A stretch of DNA of 64,000 bases from Patescibacteria group bacterium (GTDB taxonomy: Bacteria; Patescibacteriota; Patescibacteriia; XYB2-FULL-38-15): contig JBAZJZ010000003.1 in assembly GCA_041650995.1 (NCBI GenBank), forward strand, positions 22,662 through 86,661, written 5' to 3'. Of this stretch, positions 1-9,671 are shown piece after piece; positions within the stretch are counted from its first letter, which is position 1; every line of letters begins with the position of its first letter. The notes under the pieces were generated by a model. The model saw nothing but the letters and a program-made list of their open reading frames with translations. It searched no databases and was not told where the DNA came from. A program made the position numbers and the translations under genes.

Positions 1-66
1 GCGACAACATCGGCCAATTTCTCTTTACCAAAACCGAACGCCGGCCAATGGTACTTCCAGTCATAA
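1..66 (+). CDS. 3' end of an upstream ORF (partial, C-terminal 21 codons, stop at 64-66)
   Basis: Open frame runs from the window edge to TAA at 64-66. No identifiable domain. Confidence 0.2.
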   Translation, partial: ATTSANFSLPKPNAGQWYFQS

Positions 67-86
67 TTGAGGTATAATATAAATAT

Positions 87-1067
87 ATGAAACCATGCGT
101 TTTTTCAGGAATAAGACCATCTGGAAGATTGCACATCGGCAATTATTTTGGCGCAATTCAGAATTGGTTAAAACTTCAGGACGAAGCCGATTGCATTTTT
201 GCTGTGGTTGATTATCACGGCATGACCACGCCCTACGATCCGAAAGAAATGATGAAGGAAAAATATGAAGTGGTGTTGGATTATCTGGCCGCTGGGATTG
301 ATCCGAAAAAAAGTACGTTGATTGTCCAGTCCCACGTTCCGGAACACGCTGAACTTGCCTGGATTTTGGGGACAATCACGCCAGTTTCCTGGCTGGAACG
401 CGTGCCGACTTTCAAAGAAAAAGTGGCGTTGCATCCAGAATATATAAATCTCGGACTTTTATCTTATCCGGTTTTGATGGCGGCGGATATTTTGATTTAT
501 AAAGCAAATATCGTGCCGGTCGGAGAAGATCAGCTGCCGCATATTGAACTGGCGCGGGAAATTGCCAACCGTTTTAATAAAATGTTTGGCAAAACTTTTC
601 CTTTGCCCAAAGAAGCGCTGACAAAAGGGGCAAGGATAATGTCCTTAGATGATCCGACGAAAAAAATGAGCAAGACCGGCGGCGGGGGAATTTTACTTTC
701 TGATACGCCGGAAGAAATTTGGAAAAAATTGGCGCCGGCCGTTACTGATCCAGCAAGAAAGCGGGCGACCGATCCGGGTACTCCAGAAATTTGTAATATT
801 TATAGTTTGCATAAAATAATGTCTTTGCCCGAGCAAATAAAAATGGTGGCGGATTCTTGCCGCCATGCTAAATTTGGATGTCTTGATTGCAAAAATATTT
901 TAGTTAAAAATATAGCTGATGAGTTTGAGGATTTTAGAAAGAAAAGAAAAGAGTTGGAAAAGAATCCAGAAAAAGTTCAGGAAATCTTGCGAGTCGGCGC
1001 GGAGCGAGCAAGAAAATTGGCCGCCGAAACTTTGGCTGAAGTGAAAAAGAAAACGGGGTTGGGGTAG
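87..1067 (+). CDS. trpS: Tryptophanyl-tRNA synthetase
   Basis: N-terminal GIRPSGRLHIGNY (class I HIGH region in TrpRS form) and KMSKT (KMSKS variant). Length 326 aa. C-terminal Cys cluster C-x21-C-x6-C-x2-C. Confidence 0.9.
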   Translation: MKPCVFSGIRPSGRLHIGNYFGAIQNWLKLQDEADCIFAVVDYHGMTTPYDPKEMMKEKYEVVLDYLAAGIDPKKSTLIVQSHVPEHAELAWILGTITPVSWLERVPTFKEKVALHPEYINLGLLSYPVLMAADILIYKANIVPVGEDQLPHIELAREIANRFNKMFGKTFPLPKEALTKGARIMSLDDPTKKMSKTGGGGILLSDTPEEIWKKLAPAVTDPARKRATDPGTPEICNIYSLHKIMSLPEQIKMVADSCRHAKFGCLDCKNILVKNIADEFEDFRKKRKELEKNPEKVQEILRVGAERARKLAAETLAEVKKKTGLG

Positions 1068-1219
1068 AATTCCAAAATCCAAAGCTCAAATGTCAAATCA
1101 AATCCAAAATATCAATGTCAAAATTTAGATTTTAGATTTTAATCATTGATTTGTCATTTAGATTTTGACATTTGGATTTTTAGCATCATGGTCTAGTAAT
1201 TTTGAACGTGAAAAAGGTC

Positions 1220-1248
1220 TTGACATTATCTATAAATTGTGTTATTTT
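1220..1248 (+). promoter_or_regulatory. Sigma70-like promoter for rnpB (TTGACA-17 nt-TATTTT, with TGT immediately upstream of the -10)
   Basis: TTGACA at 1220-1225, 17-nt spacer, TATTTT at 1243-1248, about 25 nt before the RNase P RNA P1 helix. Confidence 0.5.
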
Positions 1249-1271
1249 AAGAGATATTTTGGTACCTTAAA

Positions 1272-1738
1272 ATTTATCCGAGTAATGGGTAATCGCTCTC
1301 ATTTTTCCGTTTAAGATCGGGGAAAAGGGGGAGGAAAGTCCGGACACCGTTTCGACATAAAGTCGAAAGAGAGATAGTCGCTAACAGCGACGGGGAGTAT
1401 GCATTGTTGTTTGTGTTGCGTCTGCCGTTTACGCGGCGGGGGCAGCTTAATCGAACATCATTTGATGAAGCCCACGGACAGTGCAACAGAAAATATACCG
1501 CTCGAATCCCGACGAAAGTCGGGGTGAGACCCCGCAGTATTGCGGGGCGGGTAAGGTTGAAATCGTGAGGTAAGAGCTCACGCGGGACAGCCTGGTGACA
1601 GGCGCCGTGGAAAACACCTATCCGGTGCAAGGCAAAAATAGCCGCTTGAGGTTGCGAGCAATCGTGATCCCAGATAGATGATTACCGTTTCGCATCATTG
1701 CGGGATACAGAATCCGGCTTATAGTTACTCGGATAAAT
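1272..1738 (+). ncRNA. rnpB: RNase P RNA (bacterial type)
   Basis: Conserved P4 strands GGAGGAAAGTCCGGAC (about 1327-1342) and ACAGAATCCGGCTTA (1708-1722). AGTGCAACAGAAA motif present. Terminal P1 pairing ATCCGAGTAA (1276-1285) with TTACTCGGAT (1725-1734). Confidence 0.8.
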
Positions 1739-1753
1739 TTTAGGGGATCACTT

Positions 1754-2341
1754 ATGAAAGAATTTATTAAAGTTCAAGATAAAAATTTATTTTTGTTAAA
1801 CACGGAATTGTTGGGGTTAAGAGAGGCGCAACTATGGATTGGTTCGAGGGTTGAAGGTCCGACTGATAATAATGACGAGCGGGTTTTAAAGGAACGAGCC
1901 GAAGAAGAAACAAACAAAAATACGCCGGGTCATCGCATTTCTGGCATTGAAGCAGTCGATCTTTTAGAGAGTGAAAAATTTCCCGGTTGGCTTGAAGTTG
2001 ATACCTCTGATTGGCAACCCGGCATTTATCGATTTAATATTCATAGCAAAGCTTACGTCCAATCGGCTAAAGGAACTCCGTTGCGGCCCATTCGTGATGG
2101 CCAATATTCATGGCCAGGTTTTTCTGAAGAGGATTTAATGAATTTCTGCGACGAGCAAAAAAGTTTTCTGTATTTAGAAAAAAATAAGGCAGGGTTTTGC
2201 ATGCGAATAGAAAAAACGGAAGATGGAGGAATAAGGCCGGCGGGCGATGGGCGGGAATGGATAAAAAATTGGTCAGAAATAAAAAAAGGAGTTGAACAAC
2301 ATCATGCTGATAAAGTAAATCTTGGCAGACAAACTAAATAA
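1754..2341 (+). CDS. Hypothetical protein (195 aa)
   Basis: Uninterrupted ORF directly after rnpB. No recognisable motif. Confidence 0.4.
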   Translation: MKEFIKVQDKNLFLLNTELLGLREAQLWIGSRVEGPTDNNDERVLKERAEEETNKNTPGHRISGIEAVDLLESEKFPGWLEVDTSDWQPGIYRFNIHSKAYVQSAKGTPLRPIRDGQYSWPGFSEEDLMNFCDEQKSFLYLEKNKAGFCMRIEKTEDGGIRPAGDGREWIKNWSEIKKGVEQHHADKVNLGRQTK

Positions 2342-2348
2342 CATTATT

Positions 2349-3761
2349 ATGCTCAAAAAATCAGAACTTATTTTTTCCGTCATCTTGGTTCCTCTGGATT
2401 TTTTAATGCTCATCTTGGCAGCTCTGGCTGCTTATTTTTTAAGATTTGAAACATTTGCCGCTCTGCGACCGATTATTTATGAAATGCCTTTTGGTAATTT
2501 TTTAAATATCGCGGCGCTCACAGGTTTTCTTTGGCTTGCTATTTTTGCCCTCTCTGGACTTTACACGATTGGCGGAACGAGGCGAATTTTAGACGAACTC
2601 GCCAAAATTTTTTTAGCGTGTTCTGCCGGTTTAGCTGTCATAATTGTTTTGATTTTTTTCAATCGTGATTTATTTTCTTCCCGCTTTATAATTCTTGCTG
2701 CCTGGATCTTTGCCATTATTTTTGTGAGTTTTGGCCGGTTAGCCACGCGCTTTATTCAACGGGCGTTTTTTCGTCGAGGTATTGGCGTTCATCGAGTTGT
2801 GATTGTCGGTGAAGATAAAGCGGCTGATATTTTAGTTAATGAATTTTATAAAAATTCAGGGCTTGGCTTAAAGGTTATTAAAAGATACAAGAAATTTGAT
2901 GACGAAGCGGCGAGGGAGCTTGAAGAAATTTATCGGGCTGTCGGAGTTGACGAAATAATTCAGGCGCAAGGAGGAGCGAGTCGGGAGGAGACGATGAATC
3001 TTATTGATTTCTGCAACGAGCATCACATAGTTTTTAAGTATTCGGCTGATATTTTTTCCGTACAAGCAGCTAAAATTGATATCCGTGATTATGCCGGTGT
3101 GCCGGTTGCGGAAATTAAAAGAACTCGCCTTGAAGGTTGGGGGAGAATTTATAAAAGAATTTTTGATATTATTGGTTCGTTGATTTTGATGATTCTTTTT
3201 TCGCCGATCATGATTTTAACGGCTATTGCCATTAAGCTAGATTCTCGCGGTCCGATTTTTTGGAGCAAACTGGATGATGGAACGCCCGTAGAGAGAGTCG
3301 GCCAGAATGGCACCCCCTTTCATTACTTTAAATTTCGATCCATGAAGCCGCACACCCATAATTTGCGCTACACAGCGCTGGCCGAGCAGGATTTTAGAAA
3401 AGGGCCGCTTGTTAAAATTAAAGATGATCCGCGAATCACGCGCGTGGGAAAATTTATCCGACGTTTCAGTATTGATGAGTTGCCAGAGTTTTTTTTAGTG
3501 TTGACTGGAAAAATGAGTTTGGCTGGTCCGCGGCCGCATTTGCCCGAAGAGGTTGCTAGGTATAAAAAACACCACAAAAAAGTTTTAATTGTTAAGCCGG
3601 GCATCACGGGTCTTGCTCAAATTTCCGGTCGGGCCGATCTTGATTTTGAAGAAGAAGTTAAAATTGATGTATATTATATTGAAAATTGGTCGCTAAAACT
3701 CGATTTGTATATTTTGTTTAAAACCCCTTTAGTTGTTTTATTCGGCAAGGGGAGTGCCTAG
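2349..3761 (+). CDS. Polyprenyl-phosphate sugar phosphotransferase (bacterial sugar transferase, WbaP/WcaJ-like)
   Basis: N-terminal multi-TM region. C-terminal Bac_transf-type block ...SIDELPEFFLVLTGKMSLAGPRPHLPEE...KPGITGLAQISGR. The track ORF starts at a TTG (2322); the first ATG is 2349. Confidence 0.8.
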   Translation: MLKKSELIFSVILVPLDFLMLILAALAAYFLRFETFAALRPIIYEMPFGNFLNIAALTGFLWLAIFALSGLYTIGGTRRILDELAKIFLACSAGLAVIIVLIFFNRDLFSSRFIILAAWIFAIIFVSFGRLATRFIQRAFFRRGIGVHRVVIVGEDKAADILVNEFYKNSGLGLKVIKRYKKFDDEAARELEEIYRAVGVDEIIQAQGGASREETMNLIDFCNEHHIVFKYSADIFSVQAAKIDIRDYAGVPVAEIKRTRLEGWGRIYKRIFDIIGSLILMILFSPIMILTAIAIKLDSRGPIFWSKLDDGTPVERVGQNGTPFHYFKFRSMKPHTHNLRYTALAEQDFRKGPLVKIKDDPRITRVGKFIRRFSIDELPEFFLVLTGKMSLAGPRPHLPEEVARYKKHHKKVLIVKPGITGLAQISGRADLDFEEEVKIDVYYIENWSLKLDLYILFKTPLVVLFGKGSA

Positions 3762-3765
3762 ATTT

Positions 3766-4866
3766 ATGAAAGTCGCTTTGATTCATGATCATCTGACGCA
3801 AGATGGAGGGGCGGAAAGGGTGCTTAGGGTTTTTCGGGAAATTTTTCCAGAAGCTCCGGTTTATACCCTGGTTTATGATAAGAAAAAAATGGGAGCGGAG
3901 TTTGACGGAAAAAATATCAGAACATCTTTTATTCAAAAAATTCCCGGGGGAGTAAAAAAATTTAAATGGTTTTTGCCCCTGATGCCACTGGCTACGGAAA
4001 AACACGAATTGGACAGCTACGATGTGGTTCTTTCAAATTCCAGCGCGCTTTCAAAGGGCGTGATTACGCGCCCGGATGCCCTGCACATTTGTTATTGCCA
4101 TACGCCGACAAGATATCTTTGGACCGATACGCATCTTTATATCAAAGAATTGTCACATGGATCGCTCGTGAAAAAGGCCGTGTCGTTAATGCTTCCGAAA
4201 CTTAGAATGTGGGATCGGATGGCGGCCGAGAGAGTTGATAAATTTGTCGCCAATTCCAAAACCGTCCAGAAAAGAATTTCCAAATATTACGGCCGGGAAA
4301 GCGAGGTAATTTATCCGCCGGTTGATGTTTCAGAATTTAAAATTTCTGAGGCGCAAAAAAGATATTATTTAGCCGGCGGGAGATTGGTGCCATATAAAAG
4401 ATTCGATTTGGTTGTGCAGGCTTTTAACAAACTCGGCATTCCTTTAAAAATTTTTGGCGAAGGTCCGGAATTGCAAAAATTAAAAGAAATGGCCAAGGCT
4501 AATATTGAATTTTTAGGAAAGGTAACTGATGAAGAGAAAAAAGAGTTGTATGGAAAATGCATCGCCTTTATTCATCCGCAGGAAGAAGATTTTGGTTTAA
4601 TGGTAATTGAAGCTATGGCTTCTGGTCGGCCGGTTATTGCCTATCCTAAAGGCGGAGCGACGGAAACGGTGGCCGCGGGGAAAACGGGAACTTTTTTCCC
4701 GGATCAAAGCTGGGAATCGCTCGCGCATACGATTATTAGATTTAATCCAGAAGAATATAGACCGGAGGAAATTCGGGGGCACGCGGCGCAATTTGATACA
4801 ACAACCTTTAAGGATAAAATAAAAAGCTACATAGAAAATAGTTGGCAAGAATTTCAGAGTAAATAA
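3766..4866 (+). CDS. Glycosyltransferase family 4 (GT1 fold)
   Basis: GT4-like N-terminal region (HDHLTQDGGAERV) and C-terminal EEDFGLMVIEAMASGRPVIA motif. First ATG at 3766; the track start 3733 is TTG. Confidence 0.7.
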   Translation: MKVALIHDHLTQDGGAERVLRVFREIFPEAPVYTLVYDKKKMGAEFDGKNIRTSFIQKIPGGVKKFKWFLPLMPLATEKHELDSYDVVLSNSSALSKGVITRPDALHICYCHTPTRYLWTDTHLYIKELSHGSLVKKAVSLMLPKLRMWDRMAAERVDKFVANSKTVQKRISKYYGRESEVIYPPVDVSEFKISEAQKRYYLAGGRLVPYKRFDLVVQAFNKLGIPLKIFGEGPELQKLKEMAKANIEFLGKVTDEEKKELYGKCIAFIHPQEEDFGLMVIEAMASGRPVIAYPKGGATETVAAGKTGTFFPDQSWESLAHTIIRFNPEEYRPEEIRGHAAQFDTTTFKDKIKSYIENSWQEFQSK

Positions 4867-4867
4867 T

Positions 4868-6013
4868 ATGAATGTCGGCATTGACGTAAGATCATTACTT
4901 GAAAAAGAGCGGAGTGGCGTTGGGGAGTATACGTATGAACTCTTGAACGCCATTTTTAATATTGATAAAGAAAATCAATATTATCTTTTTTATAATTCCT
5001 TTAAAAAAGTTGGAGATAATTTTTTGGCAGAGTGGAAAAAACATCAGAATGTTCATTTTTGTGGATTTGGTTGGCCGAACAAATTATTGAATTTTTGTTT
5101 TAAATTTTTGAAGCGGCCCAGGGTTGATAAGACAATATTGCCAAAAGGTAAAATTGATTTATTTTTTATTCCAAATCTAAATTTTATTGCTCTATCGTCT
5201 GGCCTCCGAAAAATAATCACGGTTCACGATTTATCTTTTGAATTTTTTCCGAAATTTTTTTCTTGGAAGCGGCAATTATGGCATTGGTTTATAAATCCGC
5301 GCAAATTAATCAGCGGCGCAGATAAAATTATCGCCGTTTCGGAAAATACAAAAAGAGATTTGATTAATTTTTATAAAATTCCCGCGGAAAAAATAAAAAT
5401 AATCTATTCCGGCGTCGCCTGCCGTGAAAATGTTTTAGATATTGACGAAGTTAATAAAAAATATAATTTGCCAGATAATTTTATTTTATTTTTGGGGACG
5501 CTTGAACCAAGAAAAAATATTGATGGTCTGGTCCGCGCGTTTGAAATTTTAAAATCTTATCAGCCTATTGGCTTATCTGCTTATCAGCTGGTAATTGTCG
5601 GTCCGCGGGGGTGGCTTTATAAAAAAATATTGGCCCGCGCGGAAAAAAGTCCGGCGCGCGATGATATCAAATTTATAAATTATATTTCTCCCGAAGAAAA
5701 ATTTTCTTTTTATAAATTGGCCAAACTTTTTGTCTACCCGTCTTTCTATGAGGGATTTGGATTTCCTCCATTAGAAGCGACCCGAGCCGGAACGCCGGCA
5801 ATTGTAAGTTCAGTTTCATCTTTGCCCGAGGTTATCGGCGAAGCGGCTTTGATGGTTGATCCAAATAATCCGGCCGAGCTGGCAAAAGTAATGGCTGAAT
5901 GTTTGACCGATGAAAATCTACGCGCTACCTTGATTGAAAAAGGCAAAGCGCAAGCGGAAAAATTTAGCTGGACAAATGCCGCGAGGGAATTTTTGTCGCT
6001 AATTAATCAGTAA
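4868..6013 (+). CDS. Glycosyltransferase family 4
   Basis: C-terminal FVYPSFYEGFGFPPLEATRAGTPAIVSS (E-x7-E GT4 motif). Confidence 0.7.
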   Translation: MNVGIDVRSLLEKERSGVGEYTYELLNAIFNIDKENQYYLFYNSFKKVGDNFLAEWKKHQNVHFCGFGWPNKLLNFCFKFLKRPRVDKTILPKGKIDLFFIPNLNFIALSSGLRKIITVHDLSFEFFPKFFSWKRQLWHWFINPRKLISGADKIIAVSENTKRDLINFYKIPAEKIKIIYSGVACRENVLDIDEVNKKYNLPDNFILFLGTLEPRKNIDGLVRAFEILKSYQPIGLSAYQLVIVGPRGWLYKKILARAEKSPARDDIKFINYISPEEKFSFYKLAKLFVYPSFYEGFGFPPLEATRAGTPAIVSSVSSLPEVIGEAALMVDPNNPAELAKVMAECLTDENLRATLIEKGKAQAEKFSWTNAAREFLSLINQ

Positions 6014-6030
6014 TTGTTAAATAAAAGAAA

Positions 6031-6062
6031 GATGCAAAGGGCCAAAGAGGCCCTCTTTTTAC
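6031..6062 (+). terminator. Rho-independent terminator
   Basis: GC hairpin AGGGCCaaagaGGCCCT followed by CTTTTT. Confidence 0.5.
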
Positions 6063-6092
6063 TTGTGTACGATTTTTTGCTATAATTAATCT

Positions 6093-7322
6093 ATGAAAAT
6101 AGGTATTGATGCTCGTTTTTTTGGGCCGGTGGGTAAGGGTTTGGGAAGATATGTGGAGCGATTGGTAGAAAATCTGGAAAAACTTGACCCCATACGAAGT
6201 TTCAGTAAACCGATGAACTCGGCTGGGCAACAGTCAGAAGAGAAATCGAATGGTGGACACACTGACAAAACCTCTACTTCGTACGGGGCGGGTCCCCAAA
6301 ATGAATACATAATTTTTTTGCGAAAAGAAAATTGGGATTATTACGCTCCCAAATTTTCCAATTTCAAAAAAGTTTTGGCCGACTATCCATGGTACAGTTT
6401 AAAAGAACAGATAATGATGCCACTCGCGATCCGGCGGGAAAAACTAGACCTTGTCCATTTTCCGCACTTTAACATTCCTATTTTTTGTTCGACAAAATTT
6501 GTCGCGACAATTCATGATTTGATTTTGCTTCAATTTCCAACTCCGCGGGCGACAACTCTCGGTCCGTTACTTTATAAAATAAAATATTTTGGTTATCGGC
6601 TCGTGATCGGTCTTGGCCTTCGGCGGGCAAAAAAAGTCATTACCGTTTCCGATTGCACAAAAAAAGAATTGGTAAAATTTTTTAAAATCAATCCGGGAAA
6701 AATCGCCGTCACCTACGAAGCTTGCGACGGCGTGGAGTATGGCCAGTTAAAGATGCCGGAGAGAAAACACCTAGTGAAATTTGGAATTACAAAACCGTAT
6801 TTGCTTTACGTCGGCAACGCTTATCCGCATAAAAATTTAGAAGGACTGATAAAAATTTTTCCTAAATTAAATTTGAATTGCCAGTTAGTGCTTGTCGGCC
6901 GTGAGGATTATTTTTATAAAAGGATGAAAGGGGAAATTAAAGGAACGCCGATTGAAAAAAATATTATTTTTACAGATTTTGTTTCAGAGGCGGTTCTAGC
7001 CGATCTCTACCGCAACGCGCGAGTTTATGTTTTTCCGTCATTTGTGGAAGGATTTGGTCTACCTGGCCTTGAAGCTATGAGCTATGGTTTGCCGCTTGCG
7101 GCTTCAAATTCCTCCTGCCTTCCGGAAATTTATGGTGATGCCGCGATTTATTTTAATCCAAAAGACGAGCAAGACATGATAGAAAAAATAAAATTTGTTT
7201 GGACAGACGAGCCGACGCGGAAAAACCTTATAAAATTGGGCCTGGAACAGGTTAAAAAATATAGTTGGAAAAATTTAGCCGAAAAAACTTTACAAATTTA
7301 CCAAAATGCCGGCAAGAATTAA
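6093..7322 (+). CDS. Glycosyltransferase family 4
   Basis: VFPSFVEGFGLPGLEAMSYGLPLAASNSS motif. Third GT4 gene in a row. Confidence 0.7.
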   Translation: MKIGIDARFFGPVGKGLGRYVERLVENLEKLDPIRSFSKPMNSAGQQSEEKSNGGHTDKTSTSYGAGPQNEYIIFLRKENWDYYAPKFSNFKKVLADYPWYSLKEQIMMPLAIRREKLDLVHFPHFNIPIFCSTKFVATIHDLILLQFPTPRATTLGPLLYKIKYFGYRLVIGLGLRRAKKVITVSDCTKKELVKFFKINPGKIAVTYEACDGVEYGQLKMPERKHLVKFGITKPYLLYVGNAYPHKNLEGLIKIFPKLNLNCQLVLVGREDYFYKRMKGEIKGTPIEKNIIFTDFVSEAVLADLYRNARVYVFPSFVEGFGLPGLEAMSYGLPLAASNSSCLPEIYGDAAIYFNPKDEQDMIEKIKFVWTDEPTRKNLIKLGLEQVKKYSWKNLAEKTLQIYQNAGKN

Positions 7323-9642
7323 AAAAAAATTGGAGATGAAAATAGCCCCGAACATGGGAGAACACCCGTCGCCGCATGTTTTAGATTTGAAAAAAGTAGT
7401 GGCGAAAAAAAGTGAGGCAGTAAAACTTCCGGAAGAGTCGGTAAGGACAGCGGGCTTTAAGGCTCCAGTCAAACGCGAGAGAATAAACAGGTTGACTTTT
7501 GTCCGCGCAAGAATTGCCCTTACGAGAAATGTTAGAAATTTTATCTCTTTTTTCCTCCGCGGTCCGCAGAGATTATTTAAAAATTTAGGGTTGGGGATTC
7601 TTGCTGTTCCCAGATTTTTTAAATTTTTAAGTTTTGCCTTCGCTGATTGTAAAAAATTATTAAGTTTTGGAGCGTTAGCTTTTCTTTTTATCCTGCCGCT
7701 CCAAACATTTTCTTATTACGAGTCGCTCCGAGAGACCGAAAAAGCAACTCTTCAGACGGCCGAAGAGGCTTACGCAAATTTATCGGCTGGCGGCGTGGAA
7801 ATTATGAGTGCTGATTTTTCCGGCGCGGCGGATAATTTCAGCCAGGCCGCGCGCGCTTTTTCCCGTTCGGGCGAAGAAATTGGACAAGTTAATTCCATTG
7901 TTTTAAATCTTCTCCGAGCTATGCCAGGCGAGGGAGAAAAATTGGAAGCGGGCGAAGCGCTCCTTTTTGCTGGAGAAAAATTAACCTTGGCCGGGGAGAA
8001 TATTCTTAGAAGTTTAGCTAATTTTCCCGCGGCGGCGAGCGATAAAAAATTAACAGAAAAGTTAAAAATTTTAAGAGATCATTTGTCAATGGTCCTGCCC
8101 GACGTGGCTGCAGCATCGGATAAGGTTTATGCCATAAAAATTCAGGCCGTGCCCGAGGACAAGCGGGAGGTTTTTCAAATCTTACAAGGAAAATTACCGC
8201 AGCTCGTTTCCAGTATGAAAAATTTAATTTCGGTTTCCGATTTACTGATAAAATTTTTGGGCGACGAAATGGACAAAAGATACTTAGTGATTTTCCAAAA
8301 TCCCGGAGAAATACGGCCGACAGGCGGTTTTATTGGAAGTTTAGCTCTGGTTGATTTTGATCGAGGAGAAATAAAAAATATGGAAGTGCCGGGCGGAGGG
8401 TCTTACGATTTTCAAGGATCGCTAAAAGAGAGAATTGCCTCGCCTGAACCATTGCAACTTATCGCGGCCAGGTGGCAGCTTCAGGACGCGAACTGGTTTT
8501 TTGATTTTCCGACATCTGCGCAAAAAATAAAATGGTTTTATGAAAAAAGCGGTGGACCCACTATTGACGGAGTTATTGCCGTGAACGCAGATTTAATCGC
8601 AGATCTTTTAGCCGTTGTCGGTCCGATTGAAATGCCAGAATACGGTAAAACTCTAAGTAAAGAAAATTTCATTGAAGAAATTCAAAAAGCCGTGGAAATA
8701 GAATACGACAAGGCGGAGAATAAGCCGAAGAAAATCATTGGTGATATGGCCCCGAAATTGATAGCCAAATTAATTTCCGCCGGACCGAAACAGTTTGGTG
8801 AAATTTTATCAACACTTCTTCGCGCGCAGAAGGAAAAAAATATTTTGCTTTATTCTACTTTTCCGGAAATAGAACACGAAATTAAAAATTTTGATTGGGG
8901 CGGAGAAGTAAAATCCGTTCCGGAAAAGGTGGATTATCTGGCTGTGGTTAATACTAACATAGGCGGGCAAAAAACCGATCGGGTGATAGAACAGGCAGTA
9001 AATCTTGAAACGAATATCGTTGAAGGCGGCTATATTAAAAATAAGTTAACTATTACGAGAGCGCATAAAGGAATTAAAAGAGAATTGTTTACCGGCGTTA
9101 GGAATGTCGATTACCTAAGAGTTTATGTTCCTCTTGGCAGTTCCTTAATTTCAGCTACAGGATTTGAAGCTCCGCCGGCAAGCCTGTTTGAAAAACCGGA
9201 GGGTGATTATAAAATTGATATTGATTTAAAAAATAGCGAAAGATCTTCGGTCGACGCGCCGAGTGGAACATCAATTTCCAGCGAGTCCGGCAAAACAGTT
9301 TTTGGAAATTGGGTTCAAGTTGATCCGGGTGAGACGGCTACGGTTACCCTAGAATATATTTTACCTTTTAGACTTTCTTTGTCGGTTTTGGAGAAAAGTT
9401 GGTGGGATAATTTTGAAGAGAAATTTGGACAAAAAAAGGATTCGAGCGAAGTTTATCAACTGTTAGTTCAAAAACAATCGGGAGTATTATCAAATTTCAC
9501 GAGTAGCTTAAGTTTTCCTTGCGAGTGGCAGTTGGCCTGGCAATCGGGAAACGGCGTGAAAGTTGGTGCGGTGTCAATAGAATCTCAGAGCCAATTGGAT
9601 TCGGATAGATTTTATTTATTCGGTTTTACTTTAGCAGATTAG
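7306..9642 (+). CDS. Membrane protein, DUF4012-like (envelope polysaccharide-associated)
   Basis: TM segments after residue 110, then FQNPGEIRPTGGFIGS...GVIAVNADLIADLL block. DUF4012 recalled from memory, not verified. Confidence 0.4.
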   Translation: MPARIKKKLEMKIAPNMGEHPSPHVLDLKKVVAKKSEAVKLPEESVRTAGFKAPVKRERINRLTFVRARIALTRNVRNFISFFLRGPQRLFKNLGLGILAVPRFFKFLSFAFADCKKLLSFGALAFLFILPLQTFSYYESLRETEKATLQTAEEAYANLSAGGVEIMSADFSGAADNFSQAARAFSRSGEEIGQVNSIVLNLLRAMPGEGEKLEAGEALLFAGEKLTLAGENILRSLANFPAAASDKKLTEKLKILRDHLSMVLPDVAAASDKVYAIKIQAVPEDKREVFQILQGKLPQLVSSMKNLISVSDLLIKFLGDEMDKRYLVIFQNPGEIRPTGGFIGSLALVDFDRGEIKNMEVPGGGSYDFQGSLKERIASPEPLQLIAARWQLQDANWFFDFPTSAQKIKWFYEKSGGPTIDGVIAVNADLIADLLAVVGPIEMPEYGKTLSKENFIEEIQKAVEIEYDKAENKPKKIIGDMAPKLIAKLISAGPKQFGEILSTLLRAQKEKNILLYSTFPEIEHEIKNFDWGGEVKSVPEKVDYLAVVNTNIGGQKTDRVIEQAVNLETNIVEGGYIKNKLTITRAHKGIKRELFTGVRNVDYLRVYVPLGSSLISATGFEAPPASLFEKPEGDYKIDIDLKNSERSSVDAPSGTSISSESGKTVFGNWVQVDPGETATVTLEYILPFRLSLSVLEKSWWDNFEEKFGQKKDSSEVYQLLVQKQSGVLSNFTSSLSFPCEWQLAWQSGNGVKVGAVSIESQSQLDSDRFYLFGFTLAD

Positions 9643-9671
9643 ATAATTTTTAAAATAATTAAATTTAAAAT

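Noticed and set aside
61-434. Minus-strand ORFs 61..375 and 168..434 from the track
   Set aside because: They lie entirely inside and antisense to trpS, which has unmistakable class-I aaRS motifs. Their composition is that of a shadow ORF.
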